The position numbers and the translations under genes were made by a program. Shown one piece after another: positions 19,058 to 28,815 of a stretch of DNA of 64,000 nucleotides. This DNA is from Candidatus Deferrimicrobiaceae bacterium (GTDB lineage: Bacteria > Desulfobacterota > Deferrimicrobia > Deferrimicrobiales > Deferrimicrobiaceae). The stretch is taken from positions 160,001 through 224,000 of the forward strand of contig CAWBVY010000004.1 in assembly GCA_963792415.1 (NCBI GenBank), in the 5' to 3' direction. Within the stretch, counting starts at the first letter, position 1; each line of letters begins with the position of its first letter. Under the pieces are notes generated by a model. That model was given only the letters and a program-made list of their open reading frames with translations, was not told the origin of the DNA and made no database searches.

Positions 19058-20473
19058 ATGGGCAATCGACACGCGGATGCGTTCGTCTTCTTCGGGGCGA
19101 CCGGAGACCTCGCGTATAAAAAGATCTTCCCGGCGCTCCACCGCCTGACCCGCGGGGGACAGCTCGACGTCCCGGTGATCGGCGTCGCGAGGGGCGGGTG
19201 GAATCTCGAGCGGCTCAGGGAGCACGCACGGGAGGGCGTGGAGCGCCACGGGAGCGTCGACCGCGACGCCTTCGAAAAATTATCCCGCCTCATCCGCTAC
19301 GTCGGCGGCGACTACGACGATCCGGCCACCTACGTGGCGCTCCGGAAAGAATTGGGCGATGCGAAGCGGCCGGTCTTCTATCTCGCGATCCCTCCCGCGC
19401 TCTTCGGCCCCGTCGTGACGCGGCTCCACGACGCCCACTGCGACAAGGGCGCCAGGGTCGTCGTCGAGAAACCGTTCGGACGCGACCTCGTCTCGGCCCG
19501 GGAGTTGAGCCGGATCCTCCACGGCTCCTTCGACGAAAAGCGGATCTTCCGGATCGACCATTACCTCGGCAAGAACGCCGTGCAGAACCTGGTCTACTTC
19601 CGTTTCGCGAACGCCTTCCTCGAGCCGATATGGAACCGGAACTACGTCCGGTCGGTCCAGATCACGATGGCCGAGCGGTTCGGCGTGGAGGGACGCGGGG
19701 CGTTCTACGAGCAGGCCGGGGCGATCCGCGACGTGGTCCAGAACCACATGCTTCAGGTGCTCGCGAACGTGGCGATGGAGCCGCCGTCGGGAACCGAGGA
19801 CGTGGAGGCCGTCCGGGACGAGAAGGTGAAGGTCCTGAAAGCGATCCCGCCGCTCGTTCCCTCGGATGTGATCCGGGGGCAGTTCCGGGGGTATCGCATG
19901 GAACCGGGGGTCTCCCCCACCTCGACCGTGGAGACCTACGCGGCGTTGCGACTCGAGATCCGCTCGTGGCGATGGCAAGGGGTGCCCTTCTTCATCCGCG
20001 CGGGAAAGCTTCTCCCGCTGAACCGGGTGGAGGTGGTCGTGACGCTGCACCGTCCGCCCCCGATCTTCTCCGGGCCCCTGCCCCCCACCGTGGCGGCGAT
20101 TCCCGGGGCGAACTACATCCGGTTCCGCCTCGGACCGGACCTGACGATCGCCCTCGGCGCGATGGTCAAGCACCCGGGGGAGGAGTTCGCCGGCGACCGG
20201 GTGGAACTGCTGGCGAGCCACCAGCCCGATGCCGATGAGCCGGACGCCTACGAGCAGCTCCTCGGGGACGCCCTGCGCGGCGAGACGTTCCGGTTCGCGA
20301 GGGAAGATTATGTCGAGGAGGCGTGGAGGATCGTCGACCCGGTCCTGAAGGCGGAAACCCCCCTGTTCCCTTACGAACCCGGGACCTGGGGACCGCGCGA
20401 AGCCGAAGCGCTGGTCGCTCCGGAACGGTGGCACGACCCGGCCCCGGCCGCCGGGCCGCCGGAAACCCCTTGA
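19058..20473 (+). CDS. zwf: Glucose-6-phosphate 1-dehydrogenase
   Basis: [27 protein letters not shown] and [13 protein letters not shown] motifs. Confidence 0.95.
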   Translation: MGNRHADAFVFFGATGDLAYKKIFPALHRLTRGGQLDVPVIGVARGGWNLERLREHAREGVERHGSVDRDAFEKLSRLIRYVGGDYDDPATYVALRKELGDAKRPVFYLAIPPALFGPVVTRLHDAHCDKGARVVVEKPFGRDLVSARELSRILHGSFDEKRIFRIDHYLGKNAVQNLVYFRFANAFLEPIWNRNYVRSVQITMAERFGVEGRGAFYEQAGAIRDVVQNHMLQVLANVAMEPPSGTEDVEAVRDEKVKVLKAIPPLVPSDVIRGQFRGYRMEPGVSPTSTVETYAALRLEIRSWRWQGVPFFIRAGKLLPLNRVEVVVTLHRPPPIFSGPLPPTVAAIPGANYIRFRLGPDLTIALGAMVKHPGEEFAGDRVELLASHQPDADEPDAYEQLLGDALRGETFRFAREDYVEEAWRIVDPVLKAETPLFPYEPGTWGPREAEALVAPERWHDPAPAAGPPETP

Positions 20474-21159
20474 GAACCGAGATTCTTCCGGACCCCAAGG
20501 CCGTCGCCGCCCGGGCTGCGGAGCGGATCGCGCAGGTCGTGAGGGCAGCGGTGACGGAGCGGGGCCGGTGCGCGCTGGCGATCAGCGGCGGCACGACGCC
20601 GTGGCTTGCGTTCCGGGCTCTCGCCGGGGAAGACGTCCCCTGGGACCGCGTTCACCTGTTCCAGGTCGACGAACGGGTCGCATTATCCGGAGATCCGGAG
20701 CGCAACTACTTCCACCTGAAGGAAGCCCTGATCGATCGCATCCCCATCCCCGCCGCCAACGTCCATCCGATGCCGGTGGAAGAGGAGGATCTCGACGCGG
20801 GGGCGCGCCGCTACGAAGCGGATCTTCGCGGGATCGCGGGAACCCCGCCGGTTCTCGACCTCGTCCAGCTCGGGTTGGGGGAGGACGGCCACACGGCTTC
20901 CCTTTTCCCGGGAGATGCGGCGCTCCGGATCGTCGCCTCGGACGTAGGCGTCAGTGGATGGTACAAGGGGCGGAAGCGGATGACCCTCGCCTTTCCGGCG
21001 ATCGATCGGGCCCGGTGCATCCTGTGGCTGGTCACCGGCGCCGGGAAGACCGCGGCGCTCGCACGGCTGCTCGCCGGCGATCGATCGATCCCGGCGGGAC
21101 GCGTTCGAAGCGACCGCGCCGTCCTGCTCGCGGACACGGCAGCCGGGGGGGCCGGATGA
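20470..21159 (+). CDS. pgl: 6-phosphogluconolactonase
   Basis: [27 protein letters not shown] and RMTL motifs; TTG start overlaps the zwf stop. Confidence 0.9.
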   Translation: MRTEILPDPKAVAARAAERIAQVVRAAVTERGRCALAISGGTTPWLAFRALAGEDVPWDRVHLFQVDERVALSGDPERNYFHLKEALIDRIPIPAANVHPMPVEEEDLDAGARRYEADLRGIAGTPPVLDLVQLGLGEDGHTASLFPGDAALRIVASDVGVSGWYKGRKRMTLAFPAIDRARCILWLVTGAGKTAALARLLAGDRSIPAGRVRSDRAVLLADTAAGGAG

Positions 21160-21182
21160 CCGGTACGGTGCCGCGCCTTCCT

Positions 21183-21201
21183 TCGGCCCCTACGGGGCCG
21201 A
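21183..21201 (-). promoter_or_regulatory. SECIS-like hairpin for the arsS UGA
   Basis: TCGGCCCC-GTA-GGGGCCGA, 12 nt 3' of the UGA at 21216..21214. It could also act as a terminator between convergent genes. Confidence 0.7.
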
Positions 21202-22206
21202 TATCGCTCCGCCTCAAGTGAAGCCGGATCCCGCCGTGCAGGCGTAACAGTACTCCCCGATCGCGATCGCGGCGCCGGGCGGAGGAAGTTCGTGCACCTC
21301 CGAGACGTGGACCTTCCGGTCTCCGTGGGGCCGTCCGACGGCCAGGTTGAAATCGCAATCGTACAGGAACCCGTCCCAGGATACGGAGAGGAGCGTTCGG
21401 CACATGAGCCGTTCCACCGCGGAGGGGTTGAAGCCATCCGCGAGCGTTTTCAGATACCGTTCGTGATTTCCCGTCCGCTGCAGCCACGTCCGGAAACGCC
21501 CAAGCGGTACGTTCGCGAACGTGTACAGGCGGTTGAACGCGATCCCCCATTTCCGGAGGAGGTCGGCCCGGAATTTCCGCTCGGCGGTCTCCTGGGAAAC
21601 GGGAAGGAACGCCCCGACAGGGTTGGAGACGAGGTCCAGCTCCAGTCCGGTCCCCTCCATTCCATATCCCGCGGCGTTCAACCTCTTCAGCGCGGCGATC
21701 GCGGCTTCCGTCACCCCCGCGCCACGCTGGGCATCGCCTTGGGACGGATTCGTCGAGGGGAAGGAGGCGACCAGGACGACGCGGTGGGCGGCGCAGAGCG
21801 CGAGAAGAGACTCTCTCCCGGCGCCGTTCAATGCGGAAAGGTTCGTCCGAAGCATCAGGCGGGGCGCAAGCGGGGCGAGTCCTTCGACGAGAAAAGGAAG
21901 GTCGGGCACCAGTTCCGGCGCTCCGCCGGTGATATCGATCGCCTGGAACGGGAACCGCCGGGCGAACGAGACGACCGCCGCCATCGTCTCCCGGGACATG
22001 ACCTCTTCCCTGTCCGGACCGGCCTCGAGGTGGCAATGCCGGCACCGGAGATTGCACAGGTACCCCGTGCTCACCTGGAGGGTATGGACGCGGTCCCGCC
22101 CGAGGGAGACTCCATGACGCGCGAGGGCGTCGGCGAACGGCTCGACCTCGGACGCCTCCCGGACGCCGGTCCCGATCCCCGTCGACATTTCCCCGATCCT
22201 CGCCAC
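21190..22206 (-). CDS. arsS: Arsenosugar-biosynthesis radical SAM selenoprotein ArsS (Sec at TGA 21216..21214)
   Basis: CNLRCRHC radical SAM motif, DITGGAPE, LMCRTLLSVSWDGFLYDCDFN. The C-terminus reads CTAGSGFT-TGA-GGAISAP-TAG, matching the family ending CTAGxGSSCGG with UGA at the Cys position. Confidence 0.88.
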
Positions 22207-22238
22207 GATCCCTTCCTCCAATTCGATTCCTTCCCCGT

Positions 22239-22571
22239 CTACATGGAAAGCTTTTCGGCGATCTTCCGCATCTGCACCCCGTGCACGAGGGATGCGCCGC
22301 CGCGGATCGCCGCCGCCACGTGAACCGCCTCGGTCATCTCGGCCAGGTTCGACCCTTTCTCGAGAGACGCCCGGGTGTACGCGTCGATGCAGTAGGGACA
22401 CTGGACCGCGTGCGCCACCGCGAGGGCGATCAGCGCCTTCTCCCGCTCCGTGAGTTCCCCCTCCTTGAAGACTTCGTCGTAGTAGTCGAAGAACTTCTTC
22501 GCGAGTTCCGGAGCGTCCTTACCGATATCGCCGAACGCGGCGAGACCGGCGGGATCGTAATACGTCTCCAT
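22239..22571 (-). CDS. AhpD/CMD-family peroxidase-like protein associated with ArsS
   Basis: EREKALIALAVAHAVQCPYCIDAY and EAVHVAAAIRGGASLVHG; immediately upstream of arsS. Confidence 0.88.
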   Translation of the reverse strand: METYYDPAGLAAFGDIGKDAPELAKKFFDYYDEVFKEGELTEREKALIALAVAHAVQCPYCIDAYTRASLEKGSNLAEMTEAVHVAAAIRGGASLVHGVQMRKIAEKLSM

Positions 22572-22647
22572 TCCAGACCTCCCGTTCCCCCAGGATGACC
22601 CAATTACGCCGCCGGGCCTCTGACATTATGCCATCCCCGCGGGGGGA

Positions 22648-23643
22648 TCAGCCCGCCGGACAGGCCGCCCCGATGCTTTCCCCTTTCTTTTCCCCGGCCG
22701 TGCACAGGATGTCCTCGAGGCGCTTCCTTCCGGCGGGAGACAACCCCAGTCCGTCGAGCTCCCGCCGAAGGGAGTCGCACGTCCCGTTTCCGGCAACGTA
22801 CCCATTGACGCGGGTGACGGCGGTGGAGGCGAGGAAATCGCGGAACGACGGGTACATCGCCTCGTACTCCTTCATCAGTTCCGACCGGCCCCGGAGCATA
22901 TACTTCTGGTGATACTCCTCGGCCAGGTAGAACCTGGTGGCCGGCCGGATCTCCGTGTAGATCCTTCCCTTCCTCCGGGAGGCCTCGCGGCTCCTGGTCT
23001 CGATCGCCACGGTTTTCTGTTCAACGCCATGGGTAAAGATCGCGGACATGTACTGCCGCCTCCACGGACGTTCCCGCGGGTCATGGCTTGCCCAGAAGAC
23101 GTCGAGCAATGTCCCGTAGGAGATCACGGACGGATCGAAGTCGACCTCGACCGTCTCGATATGGTCCCCGAGGTTCTGATACGTGGGGTTCTCCGTCGAC
23201 CCCCCCGTGTATCCGACGCGGGTGCGGAGAACGCCGGCGAGACTCCCGAACCGGGAGTCGGGACCCCAGAATCAGCCCAGGGCGAAGGTCGCCGTCTCCG
23301 TGACTTTGGGCGGGGATGCATCGATCGGCGGCGTTGCCGTCCCCCGATAGGTTCCCGCCCGTGTCAGCGCTTCCACCATCTTTGCCACCGTGATCTCCGC
23401 GGGGTAGAAGGTAACCGTGTTGATCTCCCTCGGGCCGCGGAAGCCTTTCTCGACTTTTTTCACGCCGTGCAGCCCCTCCAGGGCCGCTTTCCCCACGTCG
23501 TATCAGGCCACGTAGAACGTGACCGTGGAGGTTCCCTTCCCTTGGGATGGCGGGTCGTCGGCCCCCCATGATGCCGATAAGGAGAAAAGGACAAGGAGCA
23601 GGAAGAACGGCAGGATGCGTCGAAATTTCGCTGATGAATCCAT
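22648..23643 (-). CDS. msrA: Exported two-selenocysteine protein: signal peptide, HMA-like Sec domain and Sec methionine sulfoxide reductase A
   Basis: ORF fragments ending at 23503, 23272 and 22648 are in one frame, joined by TGA at 23505..23503 (TFYVA-U-YDVG) and TGA at 23274..23272 (FALG-U-FWG, the MsrA GCFWG motif); GYTGG, PTY, HIETVEV and AEEYHQKY follow; GGAGG RBS before ATG 23643. Confidence 0.85.
23241..23259 (-). promoter_or_regulatory. SECIS-like hairpin for the MsrA catalytic UGA
   Basis: GACTCCCG-GTT-CGGGAGTC, perfect 8-bp stem, 12 nt after the UGA. Confidence 0.8.
23469..23487 (-). promoter_or_regulatory. SECIS-like hairpin for the N-terminal domain UGA
   Basis: GCGGCCCT-GGA-GGGGCTGC, 8 bp with 2 G-U pairs, 15 nt after the UGA. 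Confidence 0.7.
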
Positions 23644-23687
23644 CGGCACTCCCTCCGCGGCACATGGCCGTTTTCTCATGCACATTT

Positions 23688-23713
23688 GTCGCGCCTCGGA
23701 CGGAATCCTTACA
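23688..23713 (-). promoter_or_regulatory. Putative ECF promoter TGTAAG-N16-CGAC upstream of Sec-msrA
   Basis: TGTAAG GATTCCGTCCGAGGCG CGAC; one of four copies with identical spacing. Confidence 0.7.
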
Positions 23714-23743
23714 TTCCGTTCAAAGGGACCCGGACGCTTCCCG

Positions 23744-24388
23744 TCACCCGCCCGCGATTTTCCGGATCGCGGCCACGATCTCCGCCGGCTCCATGCGCAC
23801 GGTGTAGTCCGGGTCCGCCTCCCCCGCCCGGACGATGCCGTCCCTGTCCAGAACGTAGGTCGCCGGAACGGGAAGCTCCCACCGGCCCGCGCCGTTGTAC
23901 TTCTCAAGATTGACCCCGAACTTCTCCAGGTACAACGTCTTGACCTCCCCGGGCACGGCGTACCAGAGGCGATACTTCTTGAGCGTCTCGCTCGTCGCGT
24001 CGCTGAGGATGTCGATGGGGATCGCGTGCTTCTCCGCCATCGTCAGCGTGTTGTCGGGAAGTTCCGGGCTGATACCCACCAGGTCCGCGCCGAGCGACCG
24101 GATCGTCTGCAATTCCTTCGCCAGAGCTGCCAGCTCCAGGTTGCAGTACGGTCACCAGACCCCGCGGTAGAAGTTGAGTACCACCGGGCCCCGGGACAAC
24201 CGTTCCGAAAGCCTCACCGTCTCGCCCCGCTGGTTCGGCAGGGCGAAGTCCGGCGCGCGCTCCCCGATCCGCAGTCCGGCGGCTCCCGATTCCCTCGTGG
24301 AGTCGATCCCCCGGCGGAGGATCGCCACGACCTCCGGCGGCCGGTTCCGGGACGCGTCGAATTCCGCAAGCTCCTTCTTCAGCGACAT
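23744..24388 (-). CDS. Peroxiredoxin-like (AhpC/TSA family) selenoprotein with a UxxC motif
   Basis: GERAPDFALPNQRGE...FYRGVW-TGA-PYCNLEL (family motif FYRGxWCPYCNLEL); TGA 24154..24152 is in frame with ORF 23744..24112 (WELPVPATYV). Confidence 0.9.
24121..24139 (-). promoter_or_regulatory. SECIS-like hairpin for the Prx-like UGA
   Basis: CTGGAGCT-GGC-AGCTCTGG, 12 nt after the UGA. Confidence 0.75.
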
Positions 24389-24408
24389 CTCCATTTCCCC
24401 CTTCCGCT

Positions 24409-24858
24409 CTATTCCAGAGCCTTTCCGGACATGGCGTCGAGCGCCTTTTCCAGCGCCGCGATCGCGTCGTCCTTCCCCCGGATCCCGTGCCGCTCCTTGA
24501 GCCAGGCCGCGGAATTGTAGCTGAGCCAGACCTTGCCCCCTGCGTCCTCCCAGGCCAGCGCCTTGAGCGGCAGGTCGATGGCCACGGTGGGCGCGGCGAC
24601 CATCAGCGGCGTTCCCCCCTTCGGGTTCCCGAAGATCAGGAGCTGGCTCGGCCGCATCTTGAGCCCGACTTTCTCCGCTTCGGCCGCGTGGTCGATCCGG
24701 GCGAAAACGGTCATCCCCTTGGATTGGAGGACGGCGACCAGCCGATCCATCGTCTCGGGAGCGGAATATCGGGAGGACTTCGAGATCAACCCGTTTTCCC
24801 CCGCGAACGCATTGACGGCAACCATGGCCAGCAATACAGCGATCCATGCTTTTCTCAT
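24409..24858 (-). CDS. Exported DUF302-domain protein
   Basis: Signal peptide; FARIDHAAEA, LIFGNPKGGTPLM and IDLPLKALAWED motifs. Confidence 0.85.
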   Translation of the reverse strand: MRKAWIAVLLAMVAVNAFAGENGLISKSSRYSAPETMDRLVAVLQSKGMTVFARIDHAAEAEKVGLKMRPSQLLIFGNPKGGTPLMVAAPTVAIDLPLKALAWEDAGGKVWLSYNSAAWLKERHGIRGKDDAIAALEKALDAMSGKALE

Positions 24859-24903
24859 CGTCCCCTCCTTGTCGTCGAATACCCAGGCTCCTCTATTCCC
24901 GTC

Positions 24904-25614
24904 TCATTCCAGACTCCCGTTGGAAGAGAGGGGTTTCACCTTCCGGCGGTTCTTCACGGCGTTGAGAATCGTGGGCAGGAGGGCGAACAGCCCCAGCAGG
25001 GCGAACGACCCCAGAACCCGCGGGCTTGCCACCTGGCGCACGGTTTCAATGGCCGCGAGGCTCGCCCCCGCGTTCACGAAGACCAGGCTCCCCGGCATGA
25101 TCCCGAACAGCGTCCCCAGGGCGTAGGTCCGAAGCGGCAATCCCGTGACACCGCACGCCAGGTTGACCAGGAAGAACGGGAACGCCGGGACCAGCCGCAG
25201 GAAGAGGAGGTAGGAGAGCCCGTTCTCCCGCAACCCCCGGTCGATCCCCTCCATCCGCCCGCCGAACTTCCTCACCACCCAGTCCCGCAGCAGCGTGCGG
25301 CTGACGAGGAAAGCGAGGATGGCCCCGACGGTGGCGCCCGACACCACGAACAGCGTCCCCTGGAGAACGCCGAAAATCGCTCCGGCGGCGAGAGACAGGA
25401 TGGCCGCCCCCGGGAGGGAGAACGCGGTCTGGACGATGTAGAGCAGAACGAAGACGGCGGCGAACAGAACGGCGTGCGCGGCGCGCAGATCCGAAAGGCG
25501 CGCCTTGTTCGCCTTCAGGCTTTCCAGCGTCAGGTACTTCCCAAGGTCGAGGAAGTAGAACGCGGCCACGACCCCCGCGAATACGAGGAGGATCAGGATC
25601 TTCCGGGTCTTCAT
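24904..25614 (-). CDS. TVP38/TMEM64 (DedA/VTT superfamily) membrane protein
   Basis: SLPGAAILSLAAGAIFG, LRLVPAFPFFLVN and GIMPGSLVFVNAG motifs; ATGA overlap with the upstream oxidoreductase. Confidence 0.88.
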   Translation of the reverse strand: MKTRKILILLVFAGVVAAFYFLDLGKYLTLESLKANKARLSDLRAAHAVLFAAVFVLLYIVQTAFSLPGAAILSLAAGAIFGVLQGTLFVVSGATVGAILAFLVSRTLLRDWVVRKFGGRMEGIDRGLRENGLSYLLFLRLVPAFPFFLVNLACGVTGLPLRTYALGTLFGIMPGSLVFVNAGASLAAIETVRQVASPRVLGSFALLGLFALLPTILNAVKNRRKVKPLSSNGSLE

Positions 25615-27086
25615 CCGGACACCTCTTCCTCCGGCGTGCACGCCCTCCCCTTCAGGTCGAAGAGGAATCGCAGGATCTTCTTCGTCCGGTCGCCGAACAG
25701 CTTCTCGGAGTAGTACGACCCGGCGGCCTTCTTCGAGATCTCCGCGAGCGTCGGGTAGGCGTGGATCGCCCCGGCCATGGTGGAGAGCTTCACCCCGCCG
25801 TTGATCGCGGCGACCCATTCGTGGATCAGTTCGCCGGCATGGGGCCCGGCGATCTGGCAGCCAAGGAGCGCCCCGGACGGGCTGATCAGCACCTTGATCT
25901 TTCCTTCGGTCTCCCCTTCGGCGAGGGCGCGATCCACGTCGCGAAACGCCGCCTCGAGGATCCGGTATTCCACTCCCGCCGCCTTCGCCCGCTTCTCGTT
26001 CAGCCCCACGCTCGCCACCTCGGGATCGGTGTACGTGCACCACGGGACCTTCGCGTAGTCCGCTTTCCTCGGCAACCGGAGCACCGCGTTCGACAGGGCG
26101 ATCCCCGCCTCGTACCCCGCCACGTGGGTGAACGGGAAGACGCCGTTCACGTCGCCGCACGAATAGATGTGCGGAACGTTCGTCCGCATCCGCCGGTCGG
26201 CCGGAACCCCTCGCGGAGAGAACCCGACGCCCGCCGCGGACAACTCCAGCCCCTCGACGTTCGGTTTCCGTCCGGCCGCCACGAGAAGGACATCCCCTTC
26301 GACTGTCCACGCCTCCCCTTCTCCCTTCGCGGGCCCCACCCGCAGTTGCACCGACCCGTTCCCCATGGTCGCCTTGAGGGCTTTCGTGCCGGTGAGGACC
26401 TTCACCCCTTCCGCTTCGAGCCGGTTTCTCAGGATCAAGGCGATGTCCGGGTCCTCGGGACCCAGAACCTGGTCCCCGTATTCGATGAGGGTGACTCCCG
26501 ACCCGAGACGCCGGAACGCCTGCGCCATCTCCACACCGATCGGCCCGCCGCCGAGGATCAGCAGGTGTCCCGGCAGCTCCGTCTGGGAGAAGACCGTCTC
26601 GTTCGTCCAGTACGGGACGTCGGCGATCCCTTCCACGGGCGGCAGGGACGGGCTCGAGCCGGTGGCGATGATCCACGCCCTCGCAGTGAGGCGCGCCCCG
26701 TCGAGGTCGACCGTATGGTCGTCGACGAAGCGCGGGGATCCGAACCGGACTTCCGCGCCGAGCTTGCAGAACCGCTCCGGCGAGTCGTGCTCCTGGATCG
26801 TGTCGATCACCGAGCGGACCCGGCCCATGACGGCGGCGAGGGAGACCGGCGGGAGCGCCACCTCCGGAAGCCCGAACTCCTTCGCGCGGCGGGCGAGGGA
26901 CCAGACCCCGGCCGTCCGGATCAATGTCTTCGATGGGACGCACCCGAAGTGGAGGCAGTCTCCTCCGAGTTTTTTCGCCTTTTCGACGAGGATCGTCTTC
27001 GCGCCGAACTGGGCCGAACCTGCCGCCGCCGTCAACCCTGCCGCTCCCCCTCCAAGGATCCCAAGATCGTAATCAAACGCCGCCAT
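25611..27086 (-). CDS. Class I pyridine nucleotide-disulfide oxidoreductase (MerA/Lpd-like, not true MerA)
   Basis: GGGAAG FAD motif, GGDCLHFGCVPSK redox pair, GGGPIG and HAYPT; no C-terminal CC pair. Confidence 0.88.
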   Translation of the reverse strand: MAAFDYDLGILGGGAAGLTAAAGSAQFGAKTILVEKAKKLGGDCLHFGCVPSKTLIRTAGVWSLARRAKEFGLPEVALPPVSLAAVMGRVRSVIDTIQEHDSPERFCKLGAEVRFGSPRFVDDHTVDLDGARLTARAWIIATGSSPSLPPVEGIADVPYWTNETVFSQTELPGHLLILGGGPIGVEMAQAFRRLGSGVTLIEYGDQVLGPEDPDIALILRNRLEAEGVKVLTGTKALKATMGNGSVQLRVGPAKGEGEAWTVEGDVLLVAAGRKPNVEGLELSAAGVGFSPRGVPADRRMRTNVPHIYSCGDVNGVFPFTHVAGYEAGIALSNAVLRLPRKADYAKVPWCTYTDPEVASVGLNEKRAKAAGVEYRILEAAFRDVDRALAEGETEGKIKVLISPSGALLGCQIAGPHAGELIHEWVAAINGGVKLSTMAGAIHAYPTLAEISKKAAGSYYSEKLFGDRTKKILRFLFDLKGRACTPEEEVSG

Positions 27087-27119
27087 GAAGTCCCCCTTTC
27101 GCTTTCCGTGCTCCGATGA

Positions 27120-27145
27120 GTCGCTGCCGGGGCGAATCCCTTACA
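27120..27145 (-). promoter_or_regulatory. Putative ECF promoter TGTAAG-N16-CGAC upstream of the oxidoreductase operon
   Basis: TGTAAG GGATTCGCCCCGGCAG CGAC. Confidence 0.7.
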
Positions 27146-27242
27146 ACCCTGCCGTTGAGATGACCGGTCGGAGCGAAACGTACCGGGTATAATGTCGGGC
27201 ACGTTACCATCTGGAGCCTCTGGGGACTCCGGAGGAACCGGG

Positions 27243-28130
27243 ATGCGCAAGGAGAGGGAGATGGAACGCGCGGTTCGGGACGAGATCGTTCGCTTCGTGC
27301 TTGAGAGACCGGAGAATCGGCACAGGGAGGGGGAGGGGCGCTATTTCGACGAACCGCTGGTCGGGTTTGCGTCCGCCGCGGACCCGCTCTTCACGGAGTA
27401 CAAGAGGATCATCGGCCCCTTCCACCGGACGCCCGCGCAGTGGATGGCGACGGAACCGGACGCGCAGGTTCTGCTCCAGGGAACGGTCATCTGCTGGATC
27501 CTCCCCGTCACCCGCGCCACGCGCGAGACCAACCGCAGGGAGCGGATGTGTCCTTCCCGGGAGTGGGCGCACACGCGGAATTACGGAGAGAACTTCAACG
27601 TTCTGCTGCGCCAGCACGTGGTCGCGTTTCTCCTCGGGCACGGCCATCGGGCGATCGCCCCGCAGCTTTCCCCGGACTGGAAGCGGGTCGACGGCACCCC
27701 CGCGGGGATCGCCTCCACCTGGTCGGAGCGTCACGCCGCCTATGCCGCCGGCCTGGGGACCTTCAGCCTCAACGACGGCCTGATCACCGAGCGGGGGATC
27801 GCGCACCGTTGCGGGAGCGTGATCACCGACCTGGTCCTCCCGCCCACCAGAAGGTCCGGCACCGACCATCGGAGGAATTGCCTGTACTTCCGGGAGGGGG
27901 GTTGCGGAGTCTGCATCGACCGGTGCCCGGCGGGAGCGCTCTCCCGGGAAGGGCACGACAAACCGAAGTGCCGTGAGTATTGCCACGTGGAGATTCCTCG
28001 CGCCGTGGGGGAGCGGTTCCAGGTGTCCGAACTCGGCTGCGGCCTCTGCCAGACGATGGTCCCCTGCGAGGGGTCGATCCCGCGCGGGAAGGGACGACCG
28101 GAACCCGGCGAGGAGGCGCGCAGGGATTGA
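27243..28130 (+). CDS. Epoxyqueuosine reductase (QueG)-like Fe-S protein
   Basis: PLVGFASAADPLF, WSERHAAYAAGLGTF, GSVITDL, CGVCIDRCPAGA and CGLCQTMVPC motifs. Confidence 0.75.
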   Translation: MRKEREMERAVRDEIVRFVLERPENRHREGEGRYFDEPLVGFASAADPLFTEYKRIIGPFHRTPAQWMATEPDAQVLLQGTVICWILPVTRATRETNRRERMCPSREWAHTRNYGENFNVLLRQHVVAFLLGHGHRAIAPQLSPDWKRVDGTPAGIASTWSERHAAYAAGLGTFSLNDGLITERGIAHRCGSVITDLVLPPTRRSGTDHRRNCLYFREGGCGVCIDRCPAGALSREGHDKPKCREYCHVEIPRAVGERFQVSELGCGLCQTMVPCEGSIPRGKGRPEPGEEARRD

Positions 28131-28134
28131 TGCA

Positions 28135-28815
28135 TCACCGCTCCGGCGGCAGGAACCGGATCGCGCCGTACCACGCGACCGCCTGCTCCCCCGTATTGTC
28201 GGTGTCCGTCATGATCGCAACCGCGCCGATCGCGGGAGGATCTTCCCCGAAGGCGCGGCGGTAATCCTCCACGAGATCGCGCTCCTCGTCGATCCACCTC
28301 CCCGCGTTCCCGTCGCCGCTCTCCACGGCCACCATGACGGCGTTTCCCGTGAAGGCGTTGGGAAGAAAGGCCCCGGGGGGCAGGCGGTTCGCCCAGATGT
28401 AGTTGACGGCCCGCGTCCTCCAGAAGAGGGCGGAGGGGAAGACGACGTACACCCGCGCCGCGTAATCGTCCCCCGCTTTCGTCCGCTCGTCCCCCTTGCC
28501 GATCGTGTGGACGATCTTCCAGGACCACGACAGCCGCGGGTGCGTCTTCGGATCGAGGGAGACCTTGTAGATCAGGGCCGATGCGGCCGCCCGGCTCTCC
28601 GCCTTCACCGCGGGCCGGCCCTCCTCGACGACCGGCCGGTAGGCCGTCTCCCCCTTGAAGACCTTCTTCTCCCACCCGGTGGAGATCCCCTTGGCGAAAT
28701 CGTCGATGAGCAGCGGGTCGGCCGCGATCCCCGCCGTCCCCGCCAGGATCATCGACAATACGAGCGCCGGGACAACCGCATGCCGGAAGATCCACCGGAA
28801 ACCGGGACATTTCAT
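28135..28815 (-). CDS. Exported DUF3047-domain protein
   Basis: Signal peptide; LSWSWK, GDDYAARVYVVF, NYIWAN and AIMTDTDNTG motifs. Confidence 0.85.
   Translation of the reverse strand: MKCPGFRWIFRHAVVPALVLSMILAGTAGIAADPLLIDDFAKGISTGWEKKVFKGETAYRPVVEEGRPAVKAESRAAASALIYKVSLDPKTHPRLSWSWKIVHTIGKGDERTKAGDDYAARVYVVFPSALFWRTRAVNYIWANRLPPGAFLPNAFTGNAVMVAVESGDGNAGRWIDEERDLVEDYRRAFGEDPPAIGAVAIMTDTDNTGEQAVAWYGAIRFLPPER

Noticed and set aside
22630-22650. A third Sec at the terminal TGA of the Sec-MsrA
   Set aside because: The MsrA domain is complete, and the hairpin (ATCCCC-CCGC-GGGGAT) overlaps the stop instead of starting 12-17 nt downstream; it is more likely an ordinary stop.
25611-27086. Mercuric reductase (merA) near hgcAB
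   Set aside because: It lacks the C-terminal vicinal Cys pair and the NmerA domain, and has HAYPT; there are no merR/merT/merP genes. It fits the MerA-like flavoprotein usually found with TVP38 proteins.
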